Below are positions 26,560 through 39,039 of a stretch of 64,000 nt of DNA, one piece after another (the first letter of the stretch is position 1; each line of letters starts with the position of its first letter). The position numbers and the translations under genes were made by a program. Under the pieces are notes generated by a model that saw nothing but the letters and a program-made list of their open reading frames with translations, made no database searches and was not told where the DNA came from. The DNA is taken from assembly GCF_006345805.1 (NCBI RefSeq), contig NC_043010.1, positions 2,170,001 to 2,234,000 on the forward strand, given 5' to 3'. The stretch is from Octopus sinensis. Taxonomy: Eukaryota.

Positions 26560-27254
26560 ATATAAATAATTTGGGAAAACAAATTTTCAAATCAATCAGG
26601 TGTAACCCTACAGCATTATATGCATCTACATATCGTACTTTGGTGTCTTATTTATTATATATTTATATATTTATTTATAAATATACAAAGTATCCGATAA
26701 AAGTCAATATGAGTATTTATATATATATATATATATTGAGCAAAACACTATTACACATTGTTCTAGTTCACTCAGCTGTTGAAATGAGTTTTGATGTCAC
26801 TAGTGCCAATGCCAAACTGTATCGGCCTTTACTATATCTTGGACAACATTGGTGGTATGGTGGTATGGCAACTGCTGGTCTTCCACAGACAACCTTGCCT
26901 GAATTTGTACCTCAGAGAGGAACTTTCTAGGAAAAATCCCAAAGGAGACTACAGCAGCAGTACTGGGTATTAATAGTTATTGCCAAGCTAACATGGCAGT
27001 CCTTGCTCGGAAACAGGTGAGGGTCAGCATCAAGAGGGAGATCTTGCTGTACACCTAGAATTCTGCCTCAACAAATTTCATCTGACCTATGCATGCATGG
27101 AAAAGTAAATGTTAAATGATGATGACGAAGAAGAACAAGAAGAATACAAAGAAGTGGAAAAGAAAACTGCCCAACATCTTGTCCGAACATTCCACCCACA
27201 ATCAGTTCCTTCCAATCCTTTCTTAACAGCATTTATTGACCACCTAAAAAATAC

Positions 27255-27442
27255 AGTTCTATATTTATGAGATGAGGATTTATGTACATTATTTACATTG
27301 TTTACATTTGCTGGATATTTGTCTTCATCTTGTTTGTTGTTAACACAATGTTTCGGCTGATATACCCTCCAGCCTTCTTCAGGTGTCTTGGGGAAATTTC
27401 AAACCTGGGTTCTCATTCCTGAGGTATTTTTTGATGCTATAA

Positions 27443-27477
<35 letters not shown>

Positions 27478-27557
27478 ATTATTATTCAGGTCACTGCCTG
27501 GAATCGAACTCGGGAAATTGGGGTTAGTAGCCCGCACTCTCAACCACTATGCTATAT
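27255..27557 (-). mobile_element. tRNA-headed SINE-like element carrying a hammerhead motif
   Basis: Minus strand: A box TAGCATAGTGG (27554-27544), B box GAGTTCGATTCC (27511-27500), (AAT)n linker, body, hammerhead core at 27388-27342, A-rich tail ending aaatatagaactgt. Confidence 0.75.
27342..27388 (-). ncRNA. Minimal type I hammerhead ribozyme motif (degenerate copy)
   Basis: gacac-CUGAAGA-a-GGCUG-gaggguauau-CAGCC-GAAAC-AUU-guguu: core boxes, helix II and helix I present; helix III palindrome ACGU altered to ACAU. Confidence 0.7.
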
Positions 27558-28669
27558 GAAAGGTAAGATTATCTTTGATAAAAATTGAACTCAGAACTCA
27601 AAAGTGCAGAGGACTGGAATGAATAATGCAACACTTTTAATGATGCTGCCAATATGCTACTTAAGTAGTAGTAGTGGTAGTGGTAGCGGTGGTGGTGGTG
27701 GTGGTAGAAGTTGTGGTGATAGTGGTAATAGCAGTGGTGATGGGGATAGTAGTGGATGAGTGGATGTCATATGGTGGAGATGGTATCACAGTAATAGTAG
27801 TAGTGGTGGTGGTGTTGGTAGTGGTGGTGATGGTAGTAGTAGAAATAGTAGTGGTAGTAAAGTCACGTTATATTGTTTTTTTCCTATTTTGTCTTTAGTG
27901 GGGCAGGACCAACCATTTTTTTCTTTCTTTTAAGAAAAAAAAAGCAATAATAATAATAATAATAGCAACAACAATAACAATATGACAAATAACTTGAAGA
28001 ATTTCAAAGAATTTGTTTCAGAGAATTGGAAAACAACTGAGTGTGAATTATCTTCATTTGTGGTAACATTTAGCATTTGAAGAATTTGTCATCATGTTCT
28101 TTCTGTTAAAGTTTCACCATTTCTGAGAGAAAGAGAAAGAGGTGGGGAAAAGACAAAAGCATTGATGGAAGGAATTGCAAAAGACAATGCCTTCTGAATG
28201 AATAATAATGATGTCTTTGGCTTTCCAGTCTGCCTGGGCCTAACTTTCATGTGTGTGTGTGTGTTTGTAAGTTTGTTTTGTTCTTTTTTTATTATTATTT
28301 AATTTGAATTCATTTCTAGTGTCCTGTTTTGTTTTTGTTTTTTTGCTGTAGTTCTAGAAATGCTCTGGCTTTTGAAGACACGAAGAATGTCATTGATAAT
28401 TATTGCACAAATTCTTTGAAATGTAAACGTATTTAAAAGAGACAAACAAAAGACATACACACACACACATATATATATACATATATATATATACATGTAT
28501 ATTTATATCCTTTATCTTTCACTCATTTTAGTCATTAGACCATGGCCATGCTGAGGCACTACCTCAAAGAACTTTAGACAAATGAACTGACCCCAGAACC
28601 AATTCTTTGTAAGCCTAGGACTTATTCTATCAATCTTTTTTGCTCAACTACTGATTTACAGGAACATAA

Positions 28670-28730
<61 letters not shown>

Positions 28731-28836
28731 ATTTCTTTTAGGTTTCATCCACCATAATCAGGCTTTGGTCAGCCTGAGGTTATATTAGAAGAGTTGCCAT
28801 GTGCAACTTGGTAATGCACAGCTATGCCTGGGCCTT

Positions 28837-28874
<38 letters not shown>

Positions 28875-28973
28875 GTAGCAATACTATCAAATAAGGAAAT
28901 ATAAAAATTAGAACAAAATTAAGTCAAAATTGAAAGTAGGAAACAAAGTAAGACACATGAACATTGTCAACTG

Positions 28974-29019
<46 letters not shown>

Positions 29020-29023
<4 letters not shown>

Positions 29024-29665
29024 GTTTCAAATTTTTCCACGGGGGCAGCAGAAAGGATGAGTCAATTATATCCACCCCAGTGTTCAACTGGTACTTATTT
29101 TAATTGACCTGAATGAATGAAAGGCTATGTGAACCTCACAGAATTTGAACTCACAATGCAGTGATGGGCAAAATACCATTAAGCACTTCGACCAGTGTGC
29201 TAACAATTCTGCCAGCTCGCTGCCTTAATAATATTAATAATAATGATCGCAACAGCTATTCTTTCTATTATGGCACAAGGCCAGAAATTTTTGGGTAGGA
29301 TGCTAGTAGAGTACACTGACCCCAGAACTTGACTGGTATTTTATTTTATCAACCTTGCGATAAGAAAAGTCATGCTGTGTGGAATTTGACATCAGGGTGT
29401 AAAAGAGCTAGAAAAAAATGCCATTAAGCATTTTTCCCAGTGTATTAACAATTCTACTAGTTCACTACCCTAATAATAATGGTTCTTTTTACCATAGGCC
29501 CAAAACCTGAAATTGGTAAGGAGGGGTCTATTCAATTACATCAACCCTAGTGCTCAACTGGTACTATGTTTTATTAACCCCTAAAAAGATGAAAGGCAAA
29601 GCTGACCTTGGTAGAAATGGCTCTAAGCATTTTGTCTGGCATGCAAACCATTTTGCTTGGCCGTA
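29020..29665 (-). mobile_element. Three SINE family B copies in tandem
   Basis: Copies at about 29025-29225, 29245-29465 and 29480-29660, same strand, separated by (AAT)n tracts. Confidence 0.8.
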
Positions 29666-30883
29666 ATAATAAAAATGATAATAATAGTGATATCTCGTTA
29701 TGGTCTTATTGAAGACTATTACTTTGTAATTGTCCTTATTGCATTTGATTTTTATTCATACATGTATGTGTTTCTGTTTTTTTTTAAATAGATTATTTCT
29801 TGTTTTTCTGTATTTTTTTTTTAGTTTTTGCTTTTTTTCTGTATATTATTATCATTTTGCTCTTTCAGAATTGTTATAAATTCCTTCAATTAGAATAAGA
29901 ACAGTACAGACCTCACAACAGAAAAATATTAGAGAGCAGAAAAAGGAAAAAGAAAAATTTATGTAAAGCTTATGACAACAACGATGACGGTGACAGTAAA
30001 GCTGCTGTTATTGATAATGATGATGATGATGATGATGATGAAGATTACATTGATAATGATAGCATTGTGATGGTAGTGGTGATGATGAGGAAGAGGAGAT
30101 AGATGACATTGATGATGATGTCAAAAACAATGATGATAATGATGGTGATGATAAGAATGCTGACAATAACAATGGTAGAGGTGAGGATAAGGGCAATTAT
30201 GAAGAGGTAGGGAATGATGATGATGATGTTGATGAAGAAGAGTGTAGGTGAGGAGGTAGCTGATATTGATCATGATGTCAACAACACTAACTATGATGAT
30301 GAGAATAATAACAACGATGATGGTAGAGGTGATGATAAGGATGATTATGAAGAAATTAACGATGACATTGATGATGATTATTTTTTCTGTTTTGACCTAA
30401 GAACAATTTCAACACTTCACTGAATTAACCTTACAAACCCTAAAACAAAATTATCATTACATGCTTTAATATCTTATCCATATTCTAAGGTGGTGGTGAG
30501 CTGGCAGAATTGTTAGCATGCTGGGCAAAATGCTTAGCAGCATTACGTCAATCTTTATATTCCAGGTTCAAATGCTACCGGGGCTGACTTTGCCTTTAAT
30601 CCTTTTGGAGTCAATAAAATAAGCGCCAGTTGAGCTCTGAGTCGATATAATCGACACTGATGCCTTCCTTTCAGCAAAACTGCTGGCATTTTGCCGTAAT
30701 TTGAAAGAATATTTTTATCAATTCACAAAACTGAACTCACGACAAAGAGTAAGGGAAGATAAATAGATATTGATAGCAATATTTTACTTTACTTCATTAA
30801 CTCCACCGCAAAGATAAAAGGTAACAGTTGACCTTGGTAGGATTTGAACTCAGAATGCAAAGAGCAGTAGCTAAATATCGAAA

Positions 30884-30946
30884 GAAGAAAAAGAAGAAGA
30901 AGAAGAAGAAGAAGAAGAAGAAGAAGAAGAAGAAGAAGAAGAAGAA

Positions 30947-30989
<43 letters not shown>

Positions 30990-30990
30990 G
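30884..30990. repeat. Compound (AAG)n(GAT)n microsatellite
   Basis: Directly visible; gives the poly-K/poly-M and poly-H/poly-L ORFs. Confidence 0.97.
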
Positions 30991-31357
30991 GGAGGAGGAG
31001 GGGGGAGGTTCAACTTGAGTTCAGCCTTGATCAGGCAGACTTAGGACTAAGTCTGCTTGATCCTAAGCATGACTGTACATTATATTTTCCAGTCATGATC
31101 ATATTTTCAGGAATAGTGTATCTTGAGGTACATTAACCATTATCTTTTATATTTTATTTGTCTCAGTAATTGCACTGTGGCCATGCCGGGGCACTACCTT
31201 GAAGAGTTTTAATTGAACAAACCAGCACCAGTACTTATTTTTAAGCTTGGTACTTCTTCTATTAGTCTATTTTGCCAAACCACTAAATTGTAAGGATGTA
31301 TACAAACCAACACTGGTTCAGTAATGGTGGAGGACAAACACAGAAGAACATACATAC

Positions 31358-31397
<40 letters not shown>

Positions 31398-31409
31398 CTA
31401 TATAAGATA

Positions 31410-31733
31410 AAGACCCCCTTCGGTCATGAATGACCATGGAATTACACCTAGGAAGTTCCCCTCTGAGGCACAAGTGCAAGGTTGTTTATGGAAGACCAGC
31501 AGTCGTCCATGCATGCCAGCCACCTCTCTCCACTCCACAGATGTTTGCCAAGGGAAAGGCAAAGACTGATACAGCTTGGCACCAGTGATGTCGTAACTCA
31601 TTTCTGCAGCTGAGCAAAACTGGAGAAATGTGGAATAAAGTGTCTTGCTCTGGAACATAAAACACAGCTTGGTCTGGGAATCGAACTCACAACCTCATAA
31701 TTGTGACCCTGATGCTCTAATCACTGAGTCATA
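31410..31733 (-). mobile_element. CORE-type tRNA-SINE (family E), full length, nested in a family A SINE
   Basis: Head plus ccagagcaagacactttattccacatttctccagttttgctcagctgcagaaatgag (CORE-like); family A halves flank it at about 31150-31380 and 31740-31900. Confidence 0.85.
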
Positions 31734-32901
31734 TGATGGGATTGTAATATTTTCCATCTACCAGCTCTACTCAGAAGGCTTTGGTTGGCTTTGGGCCACA
31801 GTAAAAGACACTTCTCCAAAGTGCCACTCAGTGGGATTGAAGCTGAAACCAGATGGTTGGGAAGCAAGCTTCTTGCAAATACAGCCATCATGCACTTGAC
31901 ATGTTATATATATTTTAAATAATTTGTTCACTATAAAGAAAACTATATAATATTTTCACTTTCTTGGCTAACAAGGTGATTATGTTCACCACTAATGATG
32001 TTAAATTTGAATAATATTGCATGACCACAAAATTGATAAAAGAAGAGATGTAGCAAAATTTAATTCAGTCTACACTGAATGTATAACTGTTGGGGAATTT
32101 TAATGAGATGAGGGTGAGGAAAGACAAAGCCTGCTCACAATGAATTCAAGCACAGAACATACAGAGGTGTCGCTGAATACATTGCAAGATATCTTGAGCT
32201 TTGAGAAAGAGCAGCAAAATTTCCCTCAAAACATAACTCATTAAAAAGATAGACTAAGAATGTGGTTTGAAAGTAAACGATCTCAGTAACAAATAGGACC
32301 TGAAATTGGATGGAGAGGGAGTGAGACAACCACATCAAGCCCCGGTACTTCATTTCAAAAAGATGAAAAGCAAAGTCAACCTTAGTGGAATTTGAACTCA
32401 ATGTACAGCCATAAAAAATGCTGTTCAGCATGATGACAATTGTGCCGGCTTTCCCCCATAAAAGGAAATCAAGCTCATAGATATTGCCATACGTGAGGAT
32501 GCATGCGTAAAGGATAAAGAGCTGCAAATGGACAAATACAAACTACTGAACAACAAAACTGCAAAAACGTGGGCAATGAAGAGAATAACTGTTATTCCAG
32601 TAGTTGTTGTGGCACTCAGAGCACTAATAACCTGGTCTGAGGAATAAGTCAGAGAAAAAAAAGGAATTGATATGTGTGCTGAATAGGCCCACAGAAAAGC
32701 TCTGTTGGGGACAGCTAGGATTTTGAGATAGGTCTTTGATTGTTGAGTGTCTTCCACGATAAGTTAACATCCAAGTAAAGATGGATAAAATGCTACTAAG
32801 CAGTTTGCCCAGTGTGCTAATGATTCTGACAGTAGCCTTAATAATAATAATAATAATAATGATAATAATAATAATAATAATAAATAATTAATGATGATGA
32901 T

Positions 32902-33265
32902 AACAAGAGCACTCAGAGAGTGCAAACCTCTGCCAAGGCAACACCAACATCCTCTCAACAATTAACCAGAGATGATTTTTAAAATGAGAATATCTGATAT
33001 AAACATGACTACTCTCACAAACGAGAATACTAAAAATGAACCCATTGCTCTCAAAAATTAAGTAAAAAAAAACAGGAAAAATAATCCAGAATCCTTGTCC
33101 TGTACCAGATCGATTCCAAAATTTTATCAGTTTGTGCAAGTCATGAGGCCAAACATCCCTGAAAGTTTCATTCAAATCCATCCAGCAGTTCTTGAGATAT
33201 CTTGACCACAGACAAACAAACAAACAAACACAACTGAAAACAGTACCTCTGCCTTCGCTAAGGCA
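32902..33265 (+). mobile_element. Helentron-associated (HINE/DINE-1-like) non-autonomous element
   Basis: Starts aacaagagcactcagagagtgcaaacctctgccaaggc; has gtttcattcaaatccatccagcagttcttgagatatc, (ACAA)n near the end and a terminal acctctgccttcgctaaggc repeat of the 5' motif; end cut by a family D copy. Confidence 0.6.
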
Positions 33266-33819
33266 ATACCAGGAAGTGGCTCTCATGGCTTCTGATCTTA
33301 ACTGATTGGAAATGTTATGTACATTGTTTTGTCTTGGTATAAAAGATGGGCTACAAAAAATATTCTGCTCAATACCACAGATTTGCTTGTCAGTTGCTTG
33401 ACCTTCGCCAGTTGAGCATGTCCCCTAATGGCCGACGATATGCGCATCTCTGATTACAAGCAGAAGTAGTGGGGGAGCATCATAGCCATGCATTGAGAAG
33501 AAATCTTTGAGGTTTGAATAATACACCTTTGGAGGAATGGGTGTTTGGTTCAACATCCTTAAACAACCCTTATTCAGGGACCTTTCGAGCAGAATGGGCT
33601 ACTCAACCTGAAGAAAATTCTTACTGGGCCCCACCTGCAAGATCAAGCACTGGTTATCTTGATATGAGATAACCATGTCATGCACATATGGTTGTGATGC
33701 ATGTGCCTGGTGTACCCTTACCAGACATGTAGTCATGATGGGTATACTGGGCTTCATATATTTTGTCCCAGTGTCACTCTGATGGCATGCACTGGTCTCT
33801 CACTCAATAATAATAATAA
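33266..33819 (+). mobile_element. Interspersed repeat family D
   Basis: Collinear with the reverse complement of 22558-23096; ends ctctcactcAATAATAATAATAA. Confidence 0.75.
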
Positions 33820-34550
33820 ATTGTTTCAAATTTTTGCAGAAGGCTAACAATTTTCGAGAGAGGAGGTTAGTCAATTACTCTACTCCCTGAACTTGACTGG
33901 TTCCAAGTAACTCCTCATTATTTGAATTGAGAATACAAAGATCCAGAAAGAAGTGACATTAAGCATCTTGTCCAACATGTAGAGCTTCTACAGAAAGTTT
34001 GTCTCTTAGGAATAGTAAGGAATATCAGGAGGGTTCTAAGCACTTGAAAGACTGCTGAAAACTTGCGGATATCTAAGGTTACAGGTGGCAACGCACTACC
34101 CACAAATCCTACCAGGAATACGACCAAACCTGAGCCAAACCAAAACAATAATAATAATCCTTCCTACCTCAGCAGAATTTGAACTCAGAATGTAAAGGGC
34201 AAAATGCTACAAAGCATTCTGTTCAGTGCACTAACGATTCTGCAAGCTCGCCATAATAATAATAATGATGATGATGATGATGATGATGATGATAATCCTT
34301 TCTACTATAGGTATAAGGCCTAAAATTTTGCTGGAGGAGATAAGTTGATTAAATCAATTCCAGTGTTTCACTGGTACTTCATTTATTGACTCCAAAAGGA
34401 TGAAAGGCTAAGTCAACCTTGGCAGAATTTGAACTCAAAACGTATAGACAGGCATTCTGCTTCACATGCTAATGGTTCTGCCAGCTCCCCACCTTGATAA
34501 TAATAATAATGATAAGAATAATCCTTTCTGTTAAAGCCACAAGGCTGATG

Positions 34551-34595
<45 letters not shown>

Positions 34596-35378
34596 GTAGT
34601 AGTAAGTAGTAGTAGTAGTAGTAGTAGTAGTAATTTCTTTTGTTTACCGCAAGGGCAACGGATGAGGGAACCTTACAAGAATGATGGGGATTTTTTTCAG
34701 AATTGATTAATAATAATGATAATAATAATAATAATATTAATAATAGGCTGAGAAAAAAAATAACACTAAAGTCTCTTGTTTCTTTTGATTCAAAAGACAT
34801 TTTTCAGGAATGGATTTACGGTCCATTAAAGTATTGAGTTGAACCAAGGGTTAGAATCAATAAGAAGAAGAAAGAGTTGTGGTGGTGGTGGGAGTAGTGG
34901 TACTATTTGTTGTTGTTTTGTTTCTTTTACTACCCCACCCATCCCCACTTCTTTTTTCTTTTTTTTTCATATTCACAAAATCAAAAATATTGCTTAGATG
35001 TTTATTTCAATGAAACTATATTTCTGGTAATGCATTTGGTGAGATAGAGGGGGAGGAAGAAGAGGAAGGTTATTTATTATTGCCTAGAATATAAGACAAC
35101 AACAAAAAATCATGGAAAAGATACATACATATATATATATATATACGTATCTTTCCTGAGAGAAAGAGATGTAAAACTAAACTGAAAAAATTAAACATCA
35201 ATTATGAATATGAGTGTTAACGAACTGTTAATCATCAAACCAATCTTAATTTTAACAAATTAGGCAAACATTAGATATTAGTAAACATTAACTTTGTAAT
35301 ATATAATACAATAAAAATAATATAAAAGTGTAATGAAAAATGAATAAATAAATAAATAATAATAATAAAAATAATAAA

Positions 35379-35430
<52 letters not shown>

Positions 35431-35792
35431 TTCTTTATTTATACCACAAAGGCGAAGATGAAAGGAATTTTTAAGGACAAATTCCAAGAGTGAAGCTGTT
35501 GGGGGTTTGCAGAACTGAGTATTAGGAACCAGGTATTGTAAACAATGGTATAAATATGAAGGGAGAAGATGAAAGAAAACAGCATCCCAACAGGGCTGTG
35601 GTTCTCAACATATGGTCCACAAACAATTAGTGATCCATGATAACTTTTCCGGGTGGACCATGTTCAAAGTCTTTGGAAAAAACCAAAATTACATGTGCTT
35701 GCGAAGTATGGCTGTAACAAATTTCTTCTGATGTACACATGTGAATGTTTGTTCCTGTGCTCCTGTTCCTTCATCTTCTCTTCGTGCAAATA

Positions 35793-36360
35793 TTGGGTTG
35801 TCCGGAAAGTTTGTACCGATTTATAGTAGCTTAAATTTGGACTTATTTTAGAACGTTGCTGAGTCCATAAAATAGGATTTGACTACACCTCCATTTAGAG
35901 CACAGTTTAAGCTATCTTTTCGTGGAAGAAGGTTTATGTTCCTATAACCTGTGTTAATTCTGTAACCCTTTAAAATGGAAGATAAGAAAGTTCATTTTCG
36001 GCACTTGATGCTTTGGGAACCAGACAAAAATTGCTGCAGCTCGGCTGGGATGTGTTACCCCACCCTCCATATTCACCAGATATTGCTCCTTTGGATTTCC
36101 ACTTATTCAGGTCTCTGCAGAATAGCCTTAATGGTAAAAATTTCAATCCCTTGGATGATGTAAAAAGATACCTTGATGAATTATTTGCAATGTGAAACCA
36201 CCCCAATTCTGGGAAGAGGGTATTTTCAAGTTAAAGGAAAGATGGAGACGCATTGTGCAACAAAATGGTTCATATTTGGTTGATTAAAAACGTAATGGCA
36301 AGTATTTATTGACCTTTTTCTTTCCTTTAAAAATCAGCACAAACTTTCCGGACAACCCAA
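35793..36360 (+). mobile_element. Internally deleted mariner (Tc1/mariner) element, 568 bp
   Basis: TIRs ttgggttgtccggaaagtttgtaccgattt / aaaatcagcacaaactttccggacaacccaa, TA at 35791-35792 and 36361-36362; transposase remnants inside. Confidence 0.95.
35975..36287 (+). pseudogene. Mariner transposase remnant (N-terminus fused to C-terminus)
   Basis: MEDKKVHFRHLMLWE, then in another frame LGTRQKLLQLGWDVLPHPPYSPDIAPLDFHLFRSLQNSL (YSPDL motif), and after a frameshift KPPQFWEEGIFKLKERWRRIVQQNGSYLVD*. Confidence 0.93.
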
Positions 36361-36439
36361 TAGTTGTTAGCAAATATCATGTGTCATGTAATCAGTGTTG
36401 GTGTCATTCATTCACGATCTCTGAAATCATGGATAACTA

Positions 36440-36840
36440 TTGTACTATCCTTTTTTTGTTTTTATCAGTCGTTAGACTGTGGCCTTGCTGGGGCACCACC
36501 TTAAGGAATTTTAGTTGAATGAATTGACCACACCCCAGTACTTTTCTTTTTAATTCTGGTACTTATTCTATCAGTTCCTTTTGCTGAACCACTAAGTTAC
36601 AGGGAGTGAGGGATATAAACACAACAGTAGCGGTCATCAAGCAATGGTGGGGGACAAAGACAAACACACATACACACACACATGAAGTGCTTCTTTCAGT
36701 TTCCATCTACCAAATCTACTCAAAAGGCATTGGTTCGCCCAAAGCTACAGTAGAAGACACTTGCCCAAGATGCCATGCAGTGGGACTGAACCCAAACCTA
36801 AGTGGCTGGGAAGCATACTTCTTACCACACAGCCATGCCG
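36440..36840 (-). mobile_element. SINE family A, full length
   Basis: Reverse complement of the 47150-47563 copy; further copies at 28500-28830, 38290-38700, 38710-38960, 48030-48385. Confidence 0.85.
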
Positions 36841-36874
36841 GTAGTGTTTGTAATCAAAGGTTTGGTGGAAATAT

Positions 36875-37145
36875 AACCCAACAAGCAGCTGAAATGGGTT
36901 CATCTGAAGAATCTCTGTAGTAATGCTACTCAACAGGAAAGACTCACAAAACAGATTCTTCAAGTGAAGCCAACCCAACCAGGAGTTAACCAAGAATGAG
37001 ATGGTTGGATATAATGGTCATAATCTCATTTGATGATGACAGAGAATCCATCCAGAAAGTGTAATGGCACTTACTACTGATAGGACCCTATGGAGGAGGT
37101 TCTCGAAGCCTCTATCCCCACAACTCCCTTAGGAATGGAATGCAG
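36875..37145 (+). mobile_element. Old RTE-like LINE ORF2 C-terminal fragment
   Basis: Broken frames give AAEMG..., LTKQILQVKP..., PRMRWLD..., DRTLWRR, typical of non-LTR ORF2 ends. Confidence 0.5.
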
Positions 37146-38481
37146 AGTTGGTAGATGGATGGAAATAGATGAGGACTGATAAAAGAAAGGGTTCTTGGTC
37201 ATGGAAAATCTGCTTCTAAGAATTTCCTCTGACCTCCAAAAGTATGAAGGGTGAATATTAAAACAACAAAGATGACAACAACGATGATGATGATGATGAT
37301 GATGATGATGAGGAGGAGGAGGAGGAGGAGGAGGAGGAGGGGGAGGAGGACGATGACGACAACAACGACGTGCTTAGATTTGAATCATCACATTTAAATA
37401 GCTGTACAAGTCCAATGCTTAGATCTTCACACTACACTAAAATATCAAAGTTCTGAATTATGAACTTTGTAGTAAGATAATAAAGTACCTTAAATACAAG
37501 GGGGATTTGAGAAAGATGATCTTCAAAAGATTATTAGTAAAGCCAAAAGGAAAAAAAAATTTAAGAAGAAGTTATGACTATTATTTCTGTCAACAGTTGT
37601 CATCCAAACAATCATCAACTAATACCATACAACCTTGCACTTTTAAATGTTGATTGCCATGGGAGTAACTTTATCATTTTGTACTGAAAATGCTTTGATG
37701 AGAATGATTATATATATATATATTATTTAAAATTGGTACATTTGTTTTTAAGGCTTGACCAAGGCATTGGAAGAATTTTATCTTTAGTTGATCTGGTAAC
37801 AAGAATTTTTTATTATAAGTAGGATCTTATAACATTAGGTAAAATACATTGCTGCTTTTTTTTGTTGTTGTTGTTGTTGTTTTTTTGTTCTGTTTCTTTT
37901 ACATTCCAAGTTCAAATCTTGCTAAGGTCAACTTTGCCTTTCACCCTTCCAGAGTTGATAAATAAAATACCAATAAAATATTAACCCCAATTGTATTGAC
38001 AAACGCCCGCCCTTCATAATTGCTAGCTTTGTGCTCAAACCAGTAGCATTATAATTATCATTATTGTAGTTGTTGGTGAACAGTTAGAGCTTTGGACAAA
38101 ATACTTAGTGGAATTTATTTTGACTCTTTACCTCCTGAGTTCAAATTCTGCTGGTGTTAACTGTGCTTTTTATCTTTCCGGGGTAAATGCCAGTTTAAAT
38201 CGGAAGTTGATGTAATTGACTAATCCTTGCTTCTCAAAATTTCAGGCCTTGTGCCGAAATTAGAAAGAATTATTATTATGAGTACCTTTTTTTCTTTTTA
38301 CTGTGACCATGCTGGGGCACCGCTTAAAGAATTTTTAGTCAAACGAATCAACTCCAATACCTAATGTTGTTAAGCCTCATACTAATTCTCTTCATCTCTT
38401 TTGCTGAACCACTAAGTGATTGGGATGTTAACACCCCTACACTAGTTATCAAGCAGTGGTAGGACAAACACACACTCATAT

Positions 38482-38533
<52 letters not shown>

Positions 38534-39039
38534 ACACAATAGGCTTCTCCCAGTTTCTGGCTACCAAATCCATTCACAAGGCTTTGGTCAACTTGAGACT
38601 ATGGTAGAAGACACTTACCCAAGGTGTCACACAGTGGGACTGAACCTGAAACCATGCCGTTGGGAAGCAAGCTTCTTACCACACACAGCCACACCAGCAC
38701 CTATAGTATATTACTCTTTTACTTGTTTCAGTCATTTGACTGTGGCCATGCTGGAGCACTGCCTTTAATCAAAGAAATCGACCCCAGGACTTATTCTTTA
38801 TGAGCCTAGTACTTATTCTTCGGTCTCTTTGGCCAAACCACTAAGTTATGGGGACATAAACACACCAACATTGGTTGTCAAGTGATGGTGGGGAGACAAA
38901 CACAGACACACAAATACATGCATGTATATACATATATATACGATGGGCTTCTTTCAATTTCTAATGTTTCTGCCAGCTCGCCGCCTTCTAGACCCCAATT
39001 ATTATCAATGAAACAACTCAAGAATGACATTTTATGGAA

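Noticed and set aside
29980-30423. Asp-rich or Ser/His-rich coding frames
   Set aside because: Degenerate (GAT)n low-complexity sequence with stops and no splice signals; similar tracts at 23340-23520, 27660-27860 and 49890-50330.
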